Below are positions 19,901 through 27,878 of a stretch of DNA of 64,000 nt, in pieces; the stretch's first letter is position 1, and each line of letters begins with the position of its first letter. The stretch lies in contig JAZJZK010000015.1 of the NCBI GenBank assembly GCA_040389905.1, forward strand, positions 94,218 to 158,217. The letters run 5' to 3'. Position numbers and translations under genes: made by a program. This stretch comes from Gemmatimonadota bacterium (lineage in GTDB: Bacteria; Gemmatimonadota; Gemmatimonadetes; Gemmatimonadales; Gemmatimonadaceae). Under the pieces are notes generated by a model. The model was not told the DNA's origin. It did not search any database and was given only the letters and a program-made list of their open reading frames with translations.

Positions 19901-21037
19901 CGCGACGTCACCGACGAAGCGCGGCTGACCGAGCAACTGCTGCAGCAGGAAAAGCTCGTTGCCGTTGGCCAACTGGTGAGCGGCGTCGCACATGAAATCA
20001 ACAATCCCCTTGCCGGGGTCATGGCATTTGCGCAGTTGCTACTGGCGTCGCCCGTTCCGTTGGCTCCGGAACCCCGACAGGCGGTCGACACCATCTATCG
20101 GGAGGCCAAGCGTGCGGCCAAAATCGTGTCGAACCTCCTCACGTTCGCGCGACAACAGCCCGCCGAGCGAGGCGCCGCGGATCTGAACGAGATCGTCACC
20201 GACACGCTCGAGCTTCGCCGGTATGCGATCCGGAGTGCCGGTATCTCGGTGACGCTCGATCTTGGGGAGGACTTACCGGCGACGTGGGCGGACCCACTCC
20301 AACTTCAACAGGTCGTCCTCAACCTCGTCTCGAACGCCGAACACGCGCTCAAGGACGTCGACGCGCCGCACATTCGCATTCGGACCTGGATGGAGGGCGC
20401 GACGATCTTCATTTCCGTGGCGGACAACGGTCCAGGGGTCGCACGGGAACAGGTCGATCGCATCTTCAATCCCTTCTTCACCACGAAGCCTGTCGGGGAG
20501 GGTACCGGGCTCGGTCTCTCGATCTCCGATGGCATCGTACGTGAGCATGGCGGGCGAATTCGTGTGGACTCCCCGCCGGGGGAAGGGGCCACATTCCTCG
20601 TCGAGTTGCCGTTCATCGTTCCCCCCGCCGACGTGCGCGACGCCGCGTCCATGACCGCAGGCGGAGTCGTCGGTGCACGCCAGATGCTCGTGGTGGACGA
20701 CGAGCCGGCCATGCGCGCGGCGGTTTCCGGCTTTCTTAGATCACTCGGACATCACGTACACGTGGCCGCCGGGGGACAGGAGGCCCGCGCGCTTCTTGCT
20801 GAAAACGAGTATGATGTGGTGCTGCTCGATCTTCGGATGCCCGATCTGGGAGGGGAAATGCTGTATCGCGAGTTGTGCGACCGGGACGTGCGTCACGCAA
20901 GGCGAGTCGTCTTCGTGACGGGCGATCTGCAAAGTGAGGAGTCGCAGCGCTTCCTCAATCATGCCGGCCGTCCGGTCATCGGCAAACCCTTTCAACTGGA
21001 TGATCTCGCCGCCGTGATCGCGAGCGTTACGACCTGA
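16931..21037 (+). CDS. Cytoplasmic hybrid histidine kinase (multiple GAF, about 4 PAS, HisKA, HATPase, REC)
   Basis: GVAHEINNPL H-box, NLVSNA, DNGPG, FFTTKPVGEGTGLGL, C-terminal LVVDDE...LLDLRMP...KPF; no TM seen. Confidence 0.93.
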   Translation: MSTPRESSSFTAAMAGGLPIEAVRQLQQERDHLLLLHEALAEVERATTLEARLSVFVEAIRRIGFGRAVITLRDSELNATTIVTAGLTDADDRSLRDAPTAGDVWRKRLPLLDRFRVSNSYYIDGRDAWVTEEFVRGIESALDVGEDSSWSPRDVLLVPLRNGSGTLMATLVVDDPADRTRPTLTRVRTVELFAQQVAAMLEHASLIDLADRRARRLQHLHQVGSLLSRSLDEPTILASLAKQVEDILPIVTVVVFATDTTGAPWPRVLRQQGREQDEIFTPSHLRVLAGLAGRGQRAARDDRAIAVPAVSGPTTVGVIVVEARRDEQILAADADLLMTIGTLAGAAISNARQFAESMRQRRQTEALAEVARAVGESLRIDRVLQLILRHSTALLRTDGAAISLMRGDALETTAGVGVGKALVGSRFPLHGSMVGRAVLSATSIIREDVQEDPESYLQSVAASEIKNTVIVPMLSVQGPIGALSVFNRLAPFSDEDAEILQRLADQVAVAVVNARLFEEVAEATREWAVAFDSIGSGMVLLDKRGRIQRTNARARGLMGGMIDEEILGREFHDALFGDLEPCDQCVHFKAIASGTVKRGTHDDRARGRVFEITAAPHPLGGAVVTFDDVTEHRSLAERHRRVVETSRDAIVITDRDRRIAFANPAAHELLARGDELIGLPTSRAVPEEQRADLQRYEDRGLAGEPQSYEGIVLRPDGDRRIVAINTAPLRELGEVTGIVASMRDVTDERRARDAVSQSEARYRNLFDSASDAIYTLDVHGAFTSANQATCELTGRLHADLLGNPVMPIIEPEEATMVHEHFRAALGGRAIRYECHLLRPDGERRAVSITNSPIRRADQIIGVLGVARDVTEARARAAALARSEARYTRLVESASDAIFTVDMDGRFTAVNRALELAVGSDRARLVGSAFVDLVDARDLPAAERLLRETYAGERSRGAVRFRDANGDVRQGSVITSPVLEAEGIVGALGILRDVTDEARLTEQLLQQEKLVAVGQLVSGVAHEINNPLAGVMAFAQLLLASPVPLAPEPRQAVDTIYREAKRAAKIVSNLLTFARQQPAERGAADLNEIVTDTLELRRYAIRSAGISVTLDLGEDLPATWADPLQLQQVVLNLVSNAEHALKDVDAPHIRIRTWMEGATIFISVADNGPGVAREQVDRIFNPFFTTKPVGEGTGLGLSISDGIVREHGGRIRVDSPPGEGATFLVELPFIVPPADVRDAASMTAGGVVGARQMLVVDDEPAMRAAVSGFLRSLGHHVHVAAGGQEARALLAENEYDVVLLDLRMPDLGGEMLYRELCDRDVRHARRVVFVTGDLQSEESQRFLNHAGRPVIGKPFQLDDLAAVIASVTT

Positions 21038-22407
21038 TGGCCAAGATCCTCATCGTCGATGATGAACCGGATATCCGCTCGGCGCTCGGCCGTTACTTCG
21101 AGCGCTCCGGTCATGATGTCCTCCACGCGGGCACCGGGGAAGAAGCCGTGGCGCTCGTGCAGGCCGAACATCCCGCCGTGGTGCTGCTCGACCTGTTCCT
21201 CCCGGATATCTCGGGCTTCGACGTCCTCGAGCGCACGCGCGAGGATCGCCCAGTCATCATCATGATCACCGGGCATGGGGATATCCCGGCGGCCGTGCAC
21301 GCGATACGTGGCGGTGCGGAGGGATTTCTCACGAAGCCGGTGGAACTGGCGCATCTTGGGGCCGTCGTGGACCGCGCACTCGAGAAGGCACAACTGCGGG
21401 AGCTGAGTCGCTCCGCCGACGCGCGCTCCGGGCGCGCGGTCGCCGACATGCTGCTCGGCTCGTCGCCGCACATGCGCGAGCTCGCCGAGCAAATCGAGTT
21501 GCTGGCGCGCAGCGAGCGCACCGTCGCACTGATCGTCGGGGAGTATGGCGTCGGAAAGGCTCGTGTTGCGCGGGCGATTCATGCGCTGAGTGCGCGCGCA
21601 TTGCGTCCGTTTCACGAGCTCGTGTGCGGCCTGCGCCCAACCGAGCGGCTGGACGAGGAATTGTTCGGCGTGGAGCGCGCAGAAGGGAAGCCAATGCCGG
21701 GGCTCTTCGAGGCAGCCGATGGTGGCACGCTATTGCTCGACGAAATCGCTGACCTTCCCTCGGAGCTTCAGCCCACACTGCTGCGAGCCCTGGAAACCCG
21801 TCGGGTACGGCGAACGGGCGGGTCGCGCGATGTCCCCATCGATGTGCGGCTCATCGCGGCCACGGTGCGCGACCTCGCCACGGAAGTCACCGAGCACCGC
21901 TTTCGCGAGGACTTGTACTACCGACTCGGCGTCATGCCGCTGCACCTGCCGCCCCTTCGGGCGCGATCGCCTGACGATCTCCGCGAGACGACCGAGGCGT
22001 TGCTCACCGAGCTGCGTCGCGGGCTGCCCGACTCGCCAGAACAGATGAGCGAGGAGGCGTACGAGATGATCGTGCGCTATCACTGGCCCGGCAACATCCG
22101 CGAGTTGCGGAACATCCTGGAGCGCGCGCTCATTCTCTCGAGCGGGCAGAGCGAAATCGGCGTGAAGCACCTCGCGGCGGAGGTGCGAGGCATCGATGAC
22201 GATGCGTCGCTGCCGCACGTCCCGATGTCGTTGGCGGACGTCGAGCGCGCGCACATCGACCGGACGTTACGCGCGCACGGCGCGAACCGAACACGCGCGG
22301 CTCGCGAGCTTGGTATCTCGCGCGCTACGTTAATCAAGAAGATCAAGGAATTCGGACTCGGCGAGCGACCGAGTGCGAGCGGCATCGTGTGGGAGGAACC
22401 AGGATGA
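21037..22407 (+). CDS. NtrC-family response regulator (REC-AAA+-Fis HTH) lacking GAFTGA
   Basis: ILIVDDE, GEYGVGK, GGTLLLDEI, FREDLYYRL, WPGNIREL, NRTRAARELGISRATL. Confidence 0.92.
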   Translation: MAKILIVDDEPDIRSALGRYFERSGHDVLHAGTGEEAVALVQAEHPAVVLLDLFLPDISGFDVLERTREDRPVIIMITGHGDIPAAVHAIRGGAEGFLTKPVELAHLGAVVDRALEKAQLRELSRSADARSGRAVADMLLGSSPHMRELAEQIELLARSERTVALIVGEYGVGKARVARAIHALSARALRPFHELVCGLRPTERLDEELFGVERAEGKPMPGLFEAADGGTLLLDEIADLPSELQPTLLRALETRRVRRTGGSRDVPIDVRLIAATVRDLATEVTEHRFREDLYYRLGVMPLHLPPLRARSPDDLRETTEALLTELRRGLPDSPEQMSEEAYEMIVRYHWPGNIRELRNILERALILSSGQSEIGVKHLAAEVRGIDDDASLPHVPMSLADVERAHIDRTLRAHGANRTRAARELGISRATLIKKIKEFGLGERPSASGIVWEEPG

Positions 22408-22598
22408 CGACGACGAATAGCCTGAACGAGCGCGACGCCATGATTTGCCGCGCCTGTGGAAACGAGGAGCGCGCGTCCGAAGGGTACCCGTGCGTCAAGT
22501 GCGGGACCTTCATCTGCGTGATCTGTGACATGCGCGGCATCGTGAAGTGTCGCGCGTGCACCGCCGCCGAGGTCCCGACGCCAAAATGGCTCGAGTGA
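22404..22598 (+). CDS. 64-aa microprotein with four CxxC motifs (putative double zinc finger)
   Basis: GGAGG upstream, ATGA overlap; CRAC, CVKC, CVIC, CRAC. Confidence 0.8.
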   Translation: MTTTNSLNERDAMICRACGNEERASEGYPCVKCGTFICVICDMRGIVKCRACTAAEVPTPKWLE

Positions 22599-22611
22599 TA
22601 GCCACGTTCAC

Positions 22612-23559
22612 GTGAGTGCGTTCGAAAGTTGCGGGCTGGCGGTCGGGCACGCGACGGATGTGTCGGGGGCAACGGGGTGTACCGTCATTCGCGGCATCGA
22701 GCTGCCGTTCCGGTGCGGTGTGCACATCATGGGACGCGCGACCGGCACACGTGAACTATCGCTGCTCGATCCAGCGCAGCTCGTCGATCGTGTCGACGCG
22801 ATATTCCTGGCGGGCGGCTCCGCGTACGGCCTCGACGCCGCGGCGGGCGTCATGCGCTGGATGGAAGAACGGGGGCGGGGATTTCCGGTCGGCGATGGCG
22901 TCGTACCGATCGTTCCGGGTGCAGTGATTTTCGATCTCGCGCCCCTCGGCCGCTTCGATGCGCGTCCAACGGCGGCGATGGCGTACGACGCCTGCGAGAG
23001 CGCGTCGTCGCTCGGCATCGCCGAGGGGTCGATTGGTGCAGGGACTGGCGCGACGATCGGGAAGATCGGCGGGCCGGCGCGTGCGATGAAAGGAGGAATT
23101 GGCCTCGGCGCGGCCGATGCGGGCAGCCTGCATGTGCGGGCGCTCGCCGTCGTGAATGCGCTTGGCGATGTACGCAACGCGTCGGGGCATATCCTTGCGG
23201 GCGCGCGCGGCGAGGGCGGCGGGTGGCTCGACAGTGCGCACTACATAGCGCGCGGCATCGAAGCGCGATTCGATACGGTGGCGGGCCGCAACACGACCCT
23301 GTGTGTGGTGAGCACGAACGCGGCGCTCGATCGCGTGCAGCTGTCGTCCGTCGCGCGTGCCGCGGCGGCGGCACTCTTTCGGCGGATTACACCAGTTGCC
23401 ACGGCATTCGACGGAGACATCATCTTCGCGACCGCACCCGTCGCAGGTGGCGTGCGGTCGACGCCGGCACAGGTCGAAGTACTGGCGGCGGTCGCGCTCG
23501 AGCACGCGATCGAACGCGGTGTGCAAACCACGTCACCCGGCGACATTTTCACCGGATGA
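22612..23559 (+). CDS. P1/S58 family peptidase (DmpA-like)
   Basis: VGHAT...TGCTV, GTRE, GGSAYGL, VPIVP.AVIFDL, GAGTGA, NTTL autocleavage-type motif, FDGD. Confidence 0.88.
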   Translation: MSAFESCGLAVGHATDVSGATGCTVIRGIELPFRCGVHIMGRATGTRELSLLDPAQLVDRVDAIFLAGGSAYGLDAAAGVMRWMEERGRGFPVGDGVVPIVPGAVIFDLAPLGRFDARPTAAMAYDACESASSLGIAEGSIGAGTGATIGKIGGPARAMKGGIGLGAADAGSLHVRALAVVNALGDVRNASGHILAGARGEGGGWLDSAHYIARGIEARFDTVAGRNTTLCVVSTNAALDRVQLSSVARAAAAALFRRITPVATAFDGDIIFATAPVAGGVRSTPAQVEVLAAVALEHAIERGVQTTSPGDIFTG

Positions 23560-24347
23560 CGCTCGAGTCCAACCGGGTCGCGGTGTGCACGCCCGTCGCC
23601 CCTCTGTTCGATGAGCCCAGGGTCGCGAGCGCGATGATCAGCCAGTACCTCGCCGGTCGCGTCGCGGAAGTGCTCGAGACGCGCGATGACTGGTTTCGCA
23701 TTCTCGGTGCGGATGACTACGAAGGGTGGATGCACCGAGGGTACCTTGCCTACGTCCCCGATGCGGGGCGCCGGAGTGCACAGAGCGAACGCATTTCGCT
23801 TGGGTGTGTCACAACGAATCCCGCCGGCGCTCGACGCGCGCTCCCGCTCGGATCGTACCTGTCGAGTGAGGAGCGGGTGCGTGTTGGCGAGGCGATCGAC
23901 GCAGCCAAACAGGACGAGGTATTCCCCGCCGAAGCGGGAGCGATTACGCGGAGTGCGCAGAACTATTTCGAGGGAACGAGCTATCTCTGGGGCGGCGTGA
24001 CGCCCTGGGGTGCAGACTGCTCGGGGCTCGTGCAGAGCGTGTACTGGCTACACGGCATTCAACTCAGGCGTGATGCATGGCAGCAGGCGATGCAGGGTGC
24101 GCCTGGCGAAGACCGGTTAATCGATGCGCGCGCGGCCGACTTGCTGTTCTTCTCGGATCGCGTCGACCGCCACATTACGCATGTGGCAATCGCCCTCGGG
24201 GGCGGGTGTCTCGTGCATCTCGCGCTCGGCCGCGGCGGCTACGCGGTTGAGAAGCTCGATGATGCGAAGGACCCATACGTGCGAAAGCTGCACGACCGCT
24301 TTATTGGCGCGCGGCGCATTCTCGCACCGGTCCTCGCCACGAGTTAG
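23556..24347 (+). CDS. SH3b + NlpC/P60 peptidase (YkfC/DPP-VI-like)
   Basis: W..I...DDYEGW SH3 motif; YLWGG, DCSG, DLLFF, HVAI; ATGA overlap at 23556. Confidence 0.9.
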   Translation: MTLESNRVAVCTPVAPLFDEPRVASAMISQYLAGRVAEVLETRDDWFRILGADDYEGWMHRGYLAYVPDAGRRSAQSERISLGCVTTNPAGARRALPLGSYLSSEERVRVGEAIDAAKQDEVFPAEAGAITRSAQNYFEGTSYLWGGVTPWGADCSGLVQSVYWLHGIQLRRDAWQQAMQGAPGEDRLIDARAADLLFFSDRVDRHITHVAIALGGGCLVHLALGRGGYAVEKLDDAKDPYVRKLHDRFIGARRILAPVLATS

Positions 24348-24381
24348 GTGCTCAACTACGGCAAGAGCGGAAAAGCATTGC

Positions 24382-24810
24382 TTAACTCATCCACATCGGT
24401 GCTTTCTGCACCGGCGCCGCAACCGCCGGCCGCACCTGCACAGGCACTTCCGCGTGGACAGTTCCGTCGAGCCCGACGCGCATCACGTAACGCCCGGCCA
24501 CATCCAGCGGCAAGTCGAGTTGCGCGATGAGCGGAAAATCCATCTCCATGACGCCCGCCGGCGGCTGTGCGATGCCGAGCTCTCCTTCGCTGCTCCACAA
24601 CTCCGAACCGCTCGGGCTCATCCACTGCAAGCCGACGCGATGCGGCCCCGCATCCGTGGGTGACCCCTTGAGGTGCACCACAAGTGTGGCGCGCGGGTGA
24701 AGCGCTGGAAGTGAACCAACCTGCAAGGCGTCGAATACGCCGAGGATGTTCAACTTGCCTTCCTGCGAAAGATTCGCCGCGTCGGCGAAGACTGCAAAGG
24801 TGACGTGCAT
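24382..24810 (-). CDS. Hypothetical protein (DUF6941-like)
   Basis: ADAA.....GKLNILGVFD motif; G.Y near the C-terminus; start ATG 24810. Confidence 0.75.
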   Translation of the reverse strand: MHVTFAVFADAANLSQEGKLNILGVFDALQVGSLPALHPRATLVVHLKGSPTDAGPHRVGLQWMSPSGSELWSSEGELGIAQPPAGVMEMDFPLIAQLDLPLDVAGRYVMRVGLDGTVHAEVPVQVRPAVAAPVQKAPMWMS

Positions 24811-24815
24811 CGCGA

Positions 24816-24867
24816 AAGGTAGAGGCGAGTGAGATGGTTTGGAAACACCCCGCCGCCAGTCTAACTT
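24816..24867. promoter_or_regulatory. Back-to-back -10-like boxes for a divergent pair (probably leaderless)
   Basis: Minus: TACCTT, 5 nt before ATG 24810. Plus: TAACTT (24862-24867), 6 nt before ATG 24874. Confidence 0.55.
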
Positions 24868-24873
24868 CACTGA

Positions 24874-25821
24874 ATGGCTTCGAGTGCATATCGATCGACT
24901 ACGGAAACGACGCAGCGCGCTCCCGCCGGACTGACCGTCACGGACCTCGCGCTGCTCGCCATGGCCCTCATCTGGGGGCTGAACTTCATCGTCGTCAAAT
25001 TCGGCACGGGCGTATTCCCGCCGCTGGCGTTCAGCAGCGTGCGCATGAGCATCGCCGTCGTCATTCTCTGGTCGATCGTTCTCCTTCGCCGGCTCCCGCT
25101 GCCAAACCGTCACGACACGTGGGTGATGCTCGCGCTCGGAACGCTCGGAAACGGGTTGTATCAGGTGCTGTGGATCCAGGGCATGGCGCGCACGCGGGCG
25201 AGTGATGCAGCGCTCCTCGTCGCCGCATCGCCTGCATTCATCGAGCTGATTGGCTGGGCCCGCGGCCACGCACGCGCCGGATTGCGCGCCATGGGCGGGA
25301 TCGCGCTGTCGTTGGTCGGCATCGGGCTCGTCGTCTCAGGCGGCCGCCATGGCGGCGTCGGACAATCCAGCTTTCTCGGCAATGGGCTCATCCTCGGCTC
25401 CGTGCTGTGCTGGGCGTTCTATTCTCTCGGACTCAAGCCTCTCACCGAGCGCGTGGACGGAATCACACTCTCCGCTATCACCATGACGGGCGGTGTGGTG
25501 CCGATGCTCGCCGTCTCCGTTCCGGCGCTGATGGCGACTCGATGGAGCGGCGTCAGCAACGCGGGGTGGGGCGCCGTGGCCTATAGCAGCGTCATGGCGC
25601 TCGTCGTCGCATACCTGTTCTGGTACAAAGGTGTACGAGTGCTCGGACCGACCCGTGCATCCATGTACTCGAATCTTCAGCCGCTCGTCGCCATGATGGC
25701 GGGCTGGGCGCTGCTCGGCGAAACCCCGCGCGCGACACAGGTTGCCGGCGCCGTCTGCATCATCGGCGGACTGCTACTCACTCGCATGCCGGGACATGAA
25801 GACGTGGTGGCTCACGAATGA
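24874..25821 (+). CDS. DMT/EamA family transporter
   Basis: IWGLNF, two EamA repeats, GVRVLGPTRAS, LQPLVA, LLGE; about 10 TM. Confidence 0.92.
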   Translation: MASSAYRSTTETTQRAPAGLTVTDLALLAMALIWGLNFIVVKFGTGVFPPLAFSSVRMSIAVVILWSIVLLRRLPLPNRHDTWVMLALGTLGNGLYQVLWIQGMARTRASDAALLVAASPAFIELIGWARGHARAGLRAMGGIALSLVGIGLVVSGGRHGGVGQSSFLGNGLILGSVLCWAFYSLGLKPLTERVDGITLSAITMTGGVVPMLAVSVPALMATRWSGVSNAGWGAVAYSSVMALVVAYLFWYKGVRVLGPTRASMYSNLQPLVAMMAGWALLGETPRATQVAGAVCIIGGLLLTRMPGHEDVVAHE

Positions 25822-26510
25822 AAGTCGTTCTCTTCGACATCGACGGCACGCTCCTCTGGACCGATGGGGCCGGCCGACGCGCCGTGCATCGCGCGCTGGA
25901 AGACGTATTCGGTGCGCTCCCGCCCGACGGCCACGAGTTCGACGGAAAGACGGACCCACAGATCGTCCGTGAGTTGATGCAGTTGGCCGGTGTGAGCCAC
26001 GACCGCATCGAGGCGCAGCTACCGGACGCACTCGCTCGTTACGTCGAGCTGCTGCACACCGAGCTCGCAATCGACAACCACACCGACAAGACCTATCCCG
26101 GAATCGGAGCGCTGCTCGATGCACTCGAGCAACGGGAAGATGTGTTGCTCGGACTGCTCACGGGCAACGTGCGCGATGGTGCGATGGCAAAGCTCGCCGC
26201 AGTCGGCCTTGCGCATCATCGCTTCAAGGTCGGGGCCTTCGGGTCGGATCACGCCGCGCGTCCGGAACTTCCGGAAATTGCGCGCGCGCGTGCGGAGTCG
26301 CATCTCGGCGCACCCGTCGCGGGCACCGACGTCGTCGTTATCGGCGACACGCCGGCGGATATGCGTTGCGGCAACGGAATCGGCGCGCGCGCAATCGGCG
26401 TCGCCACCGGCCGGTATTCGGTCGGAGACTTGTGGGCCTGCCGGCCCGCAGCGGTCTTTGCCGACCTCTCCGATACGGCGGCCGTCGTGCGCGCCATTCT
26501 CGGCGATTAG
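25818..26510 (+). CDS. HAD-superfamily hydrolase
   Basis: FDIDGTLL, GKTD, LLTGN, IGDTPAD. Confidence 0.92.
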   Translation: MKVVLFDIDGTLLWTDGAGRRAVHRALEDVFGALPPDGHEFDGKTDPQIVRELMQLAGVSHDRIEAQLPDALARYVELLHTELAIDNHTDKTYPGIGALLDALEQREDVLLGLLTGNVRDGAMAKLAAVGLAHHRFKVGAFGSDHAARPELPEIARARAESHLGAPVAGTDVVVIGDTPADMRCGNGIGARAIGVATGRYSVGDLWACRPAAVFADLSDTAAVVRAILGD

Positions 26511-26513
26511 CGC

Positions 26514-27107
26514 ATGCTCGAGGTCGAGCTCAAGAGCGTGGTCGATGATCTCGCCATGCGTCGCGCCGTCGTGGAAGCGGCCGGTGCGACGCTCGTGTTC
26601 GCGGGCCGCCTCGAGGATCGACGATACGATTCGCTGGATCGGTCGCTCACGGCCAAAGACGAGGTGCTACGCGTTCGCATCTATCGCGATCAGAACGGTG
26701 CGCGTGCGCAGCTCGACTGGAAGGGACCCACTCGGCGCGAGGGCGGTTATAAGTTGCGCGAAGAGATCGAAACCAGCGTCGTCGCTGCCGATGCGCTCGT
26801 CGCGATCCTTGAGCACCTCGGCTTTCGCGTCATCATGGCGATCGATCGCGTAATCGCGCAATACGATCTCGACGGTACGATGATCCGCTTCGAACGTTAC
26901 CCGCGAATGGATGACTTGGTGGAGGTCGAAGGGACGCCGGAGCAGATCGAGCGGGCGATCGGGGTCACCGGTCTGCCACGCGAGGGATTCAGCACGGAAC
27001 GGCTCGGCGACTTCGCCCGTAGTTACCAGGCGCGCACGGGAATGCCCGCGGTGCTCTCCGACGCGGTCCTCGCAGGCGAAACGCCATTTGATGAGTCCGA
27101 TGCCTGA
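26514..27107 (+). CDS. CYTH-domain protein (class IV adenylate cyclase/triphosphatase-like)
   Basis: N-terminal EVELK, LRVR, WKGP, K.REEIE, VEVEG. Confidence 0.88.
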   Translation: MLEVELKSVVDDLAMRRAVVEAAGATLVFAGRLEDRRYDSLDRSLTAKDEVLRVRIYRDQNGARAQLDWKGPTRREGGYKLREEIETSVVAADALVAILEHLGFRVIMAIDRVIAQYDLDGTMIRFERYPRMDDLVEVEGTPEQIERAIGVTGLPREGFSTERLGDFARSYQARTGMPAVLSDAVLAGETPFDESDA

Positions 27108-27570
27108 CGCGCCGCTCCTTCCGGAGCTGATGCGATCGCTGCGATCGCTCGGTGCCCATCGCGATCCGTGCAGTGAAGCTGCCCACGGCGCCATCTTCAT
27201 TCCGCTGCTTGAAGCGCGCGCTCGCGCCACCGCGTCGAAACGCGCGGTATTCGCGGCACTCAAGGGCGCGTCGCTTGCGGGACGCATCGAGCCGCAGGTC
27301 ATCGCCGCGGCCATTCAGGGGGTCGAGCAGCCGGCGCGCATTCGCGCGCTCACCGCCCACGCACGTGAGATCTTCGAGCCCCTTCAGGCGGCACTCGCCG
27401 CCCTCGATGCCGCCGCACCAGGCGCCGCCGAGAGCGATCAACAGTGGGCGGAATGGCTCACCGCGTTGCGACGGGTGTTCACGGTCGCGGACCTGTCGTG
27501 TCAGGAACTGGCGCGGCTCATCGCCGAGCGGTCCGCGGAGCCGACGTCGCGATCGTGGTTCTCCCGTTAA
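27100..27570 (+). CDS. Hypothetical helical protein
   Basis: Coupled to the CYTH stop codon; Ala-rich helical sequence; start 27091 or 27100. Confidence 0.65.
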   Translation: MPDAPLLPELMRSLRSLGAHRDPCSEAAHGAIFIPLLEARARATASKRAVFAALKGASLAGRIEPQVIAAAIQGVEQPARIRALTAHAREIFEPLQAALAALDAAAPGAAESDQQWAEWLTALRRVFTVADLSCQELARLIAERSAEPTSRSWFSR

Positions 27571-27610
27571 CGGTAATGCTCGGAAGCCAAACACTTCCGA
27601 ATCTCGAACT

Positions 27611-27727
27611 TTGTCACCCCGAGGGAGCCCATTCGGCTTCGCTCAGGGCAGGCTCCGCGAGTCGAGGGCTCTGCACCTCAAACCCAGACTGAACGTACAG
27701 ATCCCTCGACTTCGCTCGGGATGACAA
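27611..27727. repeat. REP-like inverted pair with a nested sub-hairpin
   Basis: TTGTCACCCCGAG...GAGTCGAGGGCTCTGCAC pairs with GTACAGATCCCTCGACTTCGCTCGGGATGACAA; GGAGCC...TTCGCTCAGGGCA...GGCTCC is inserted at 27624-27656. Confidence 0.85.
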
Positions 27728-27878
27728 CCATGGCGTTGACCGCCAGAAGTGCCAGCCTCACTTCGAGCGTAGGCGGCCTGCACCTCTCGTTCCGCATTTC
27801 TCCCGACAGACGTTTTCGTGCCGCAGCCGAGCTTGTTCCCTACCGTCGTCGGCGCAATCCCGATATATTTTCTCGGCA

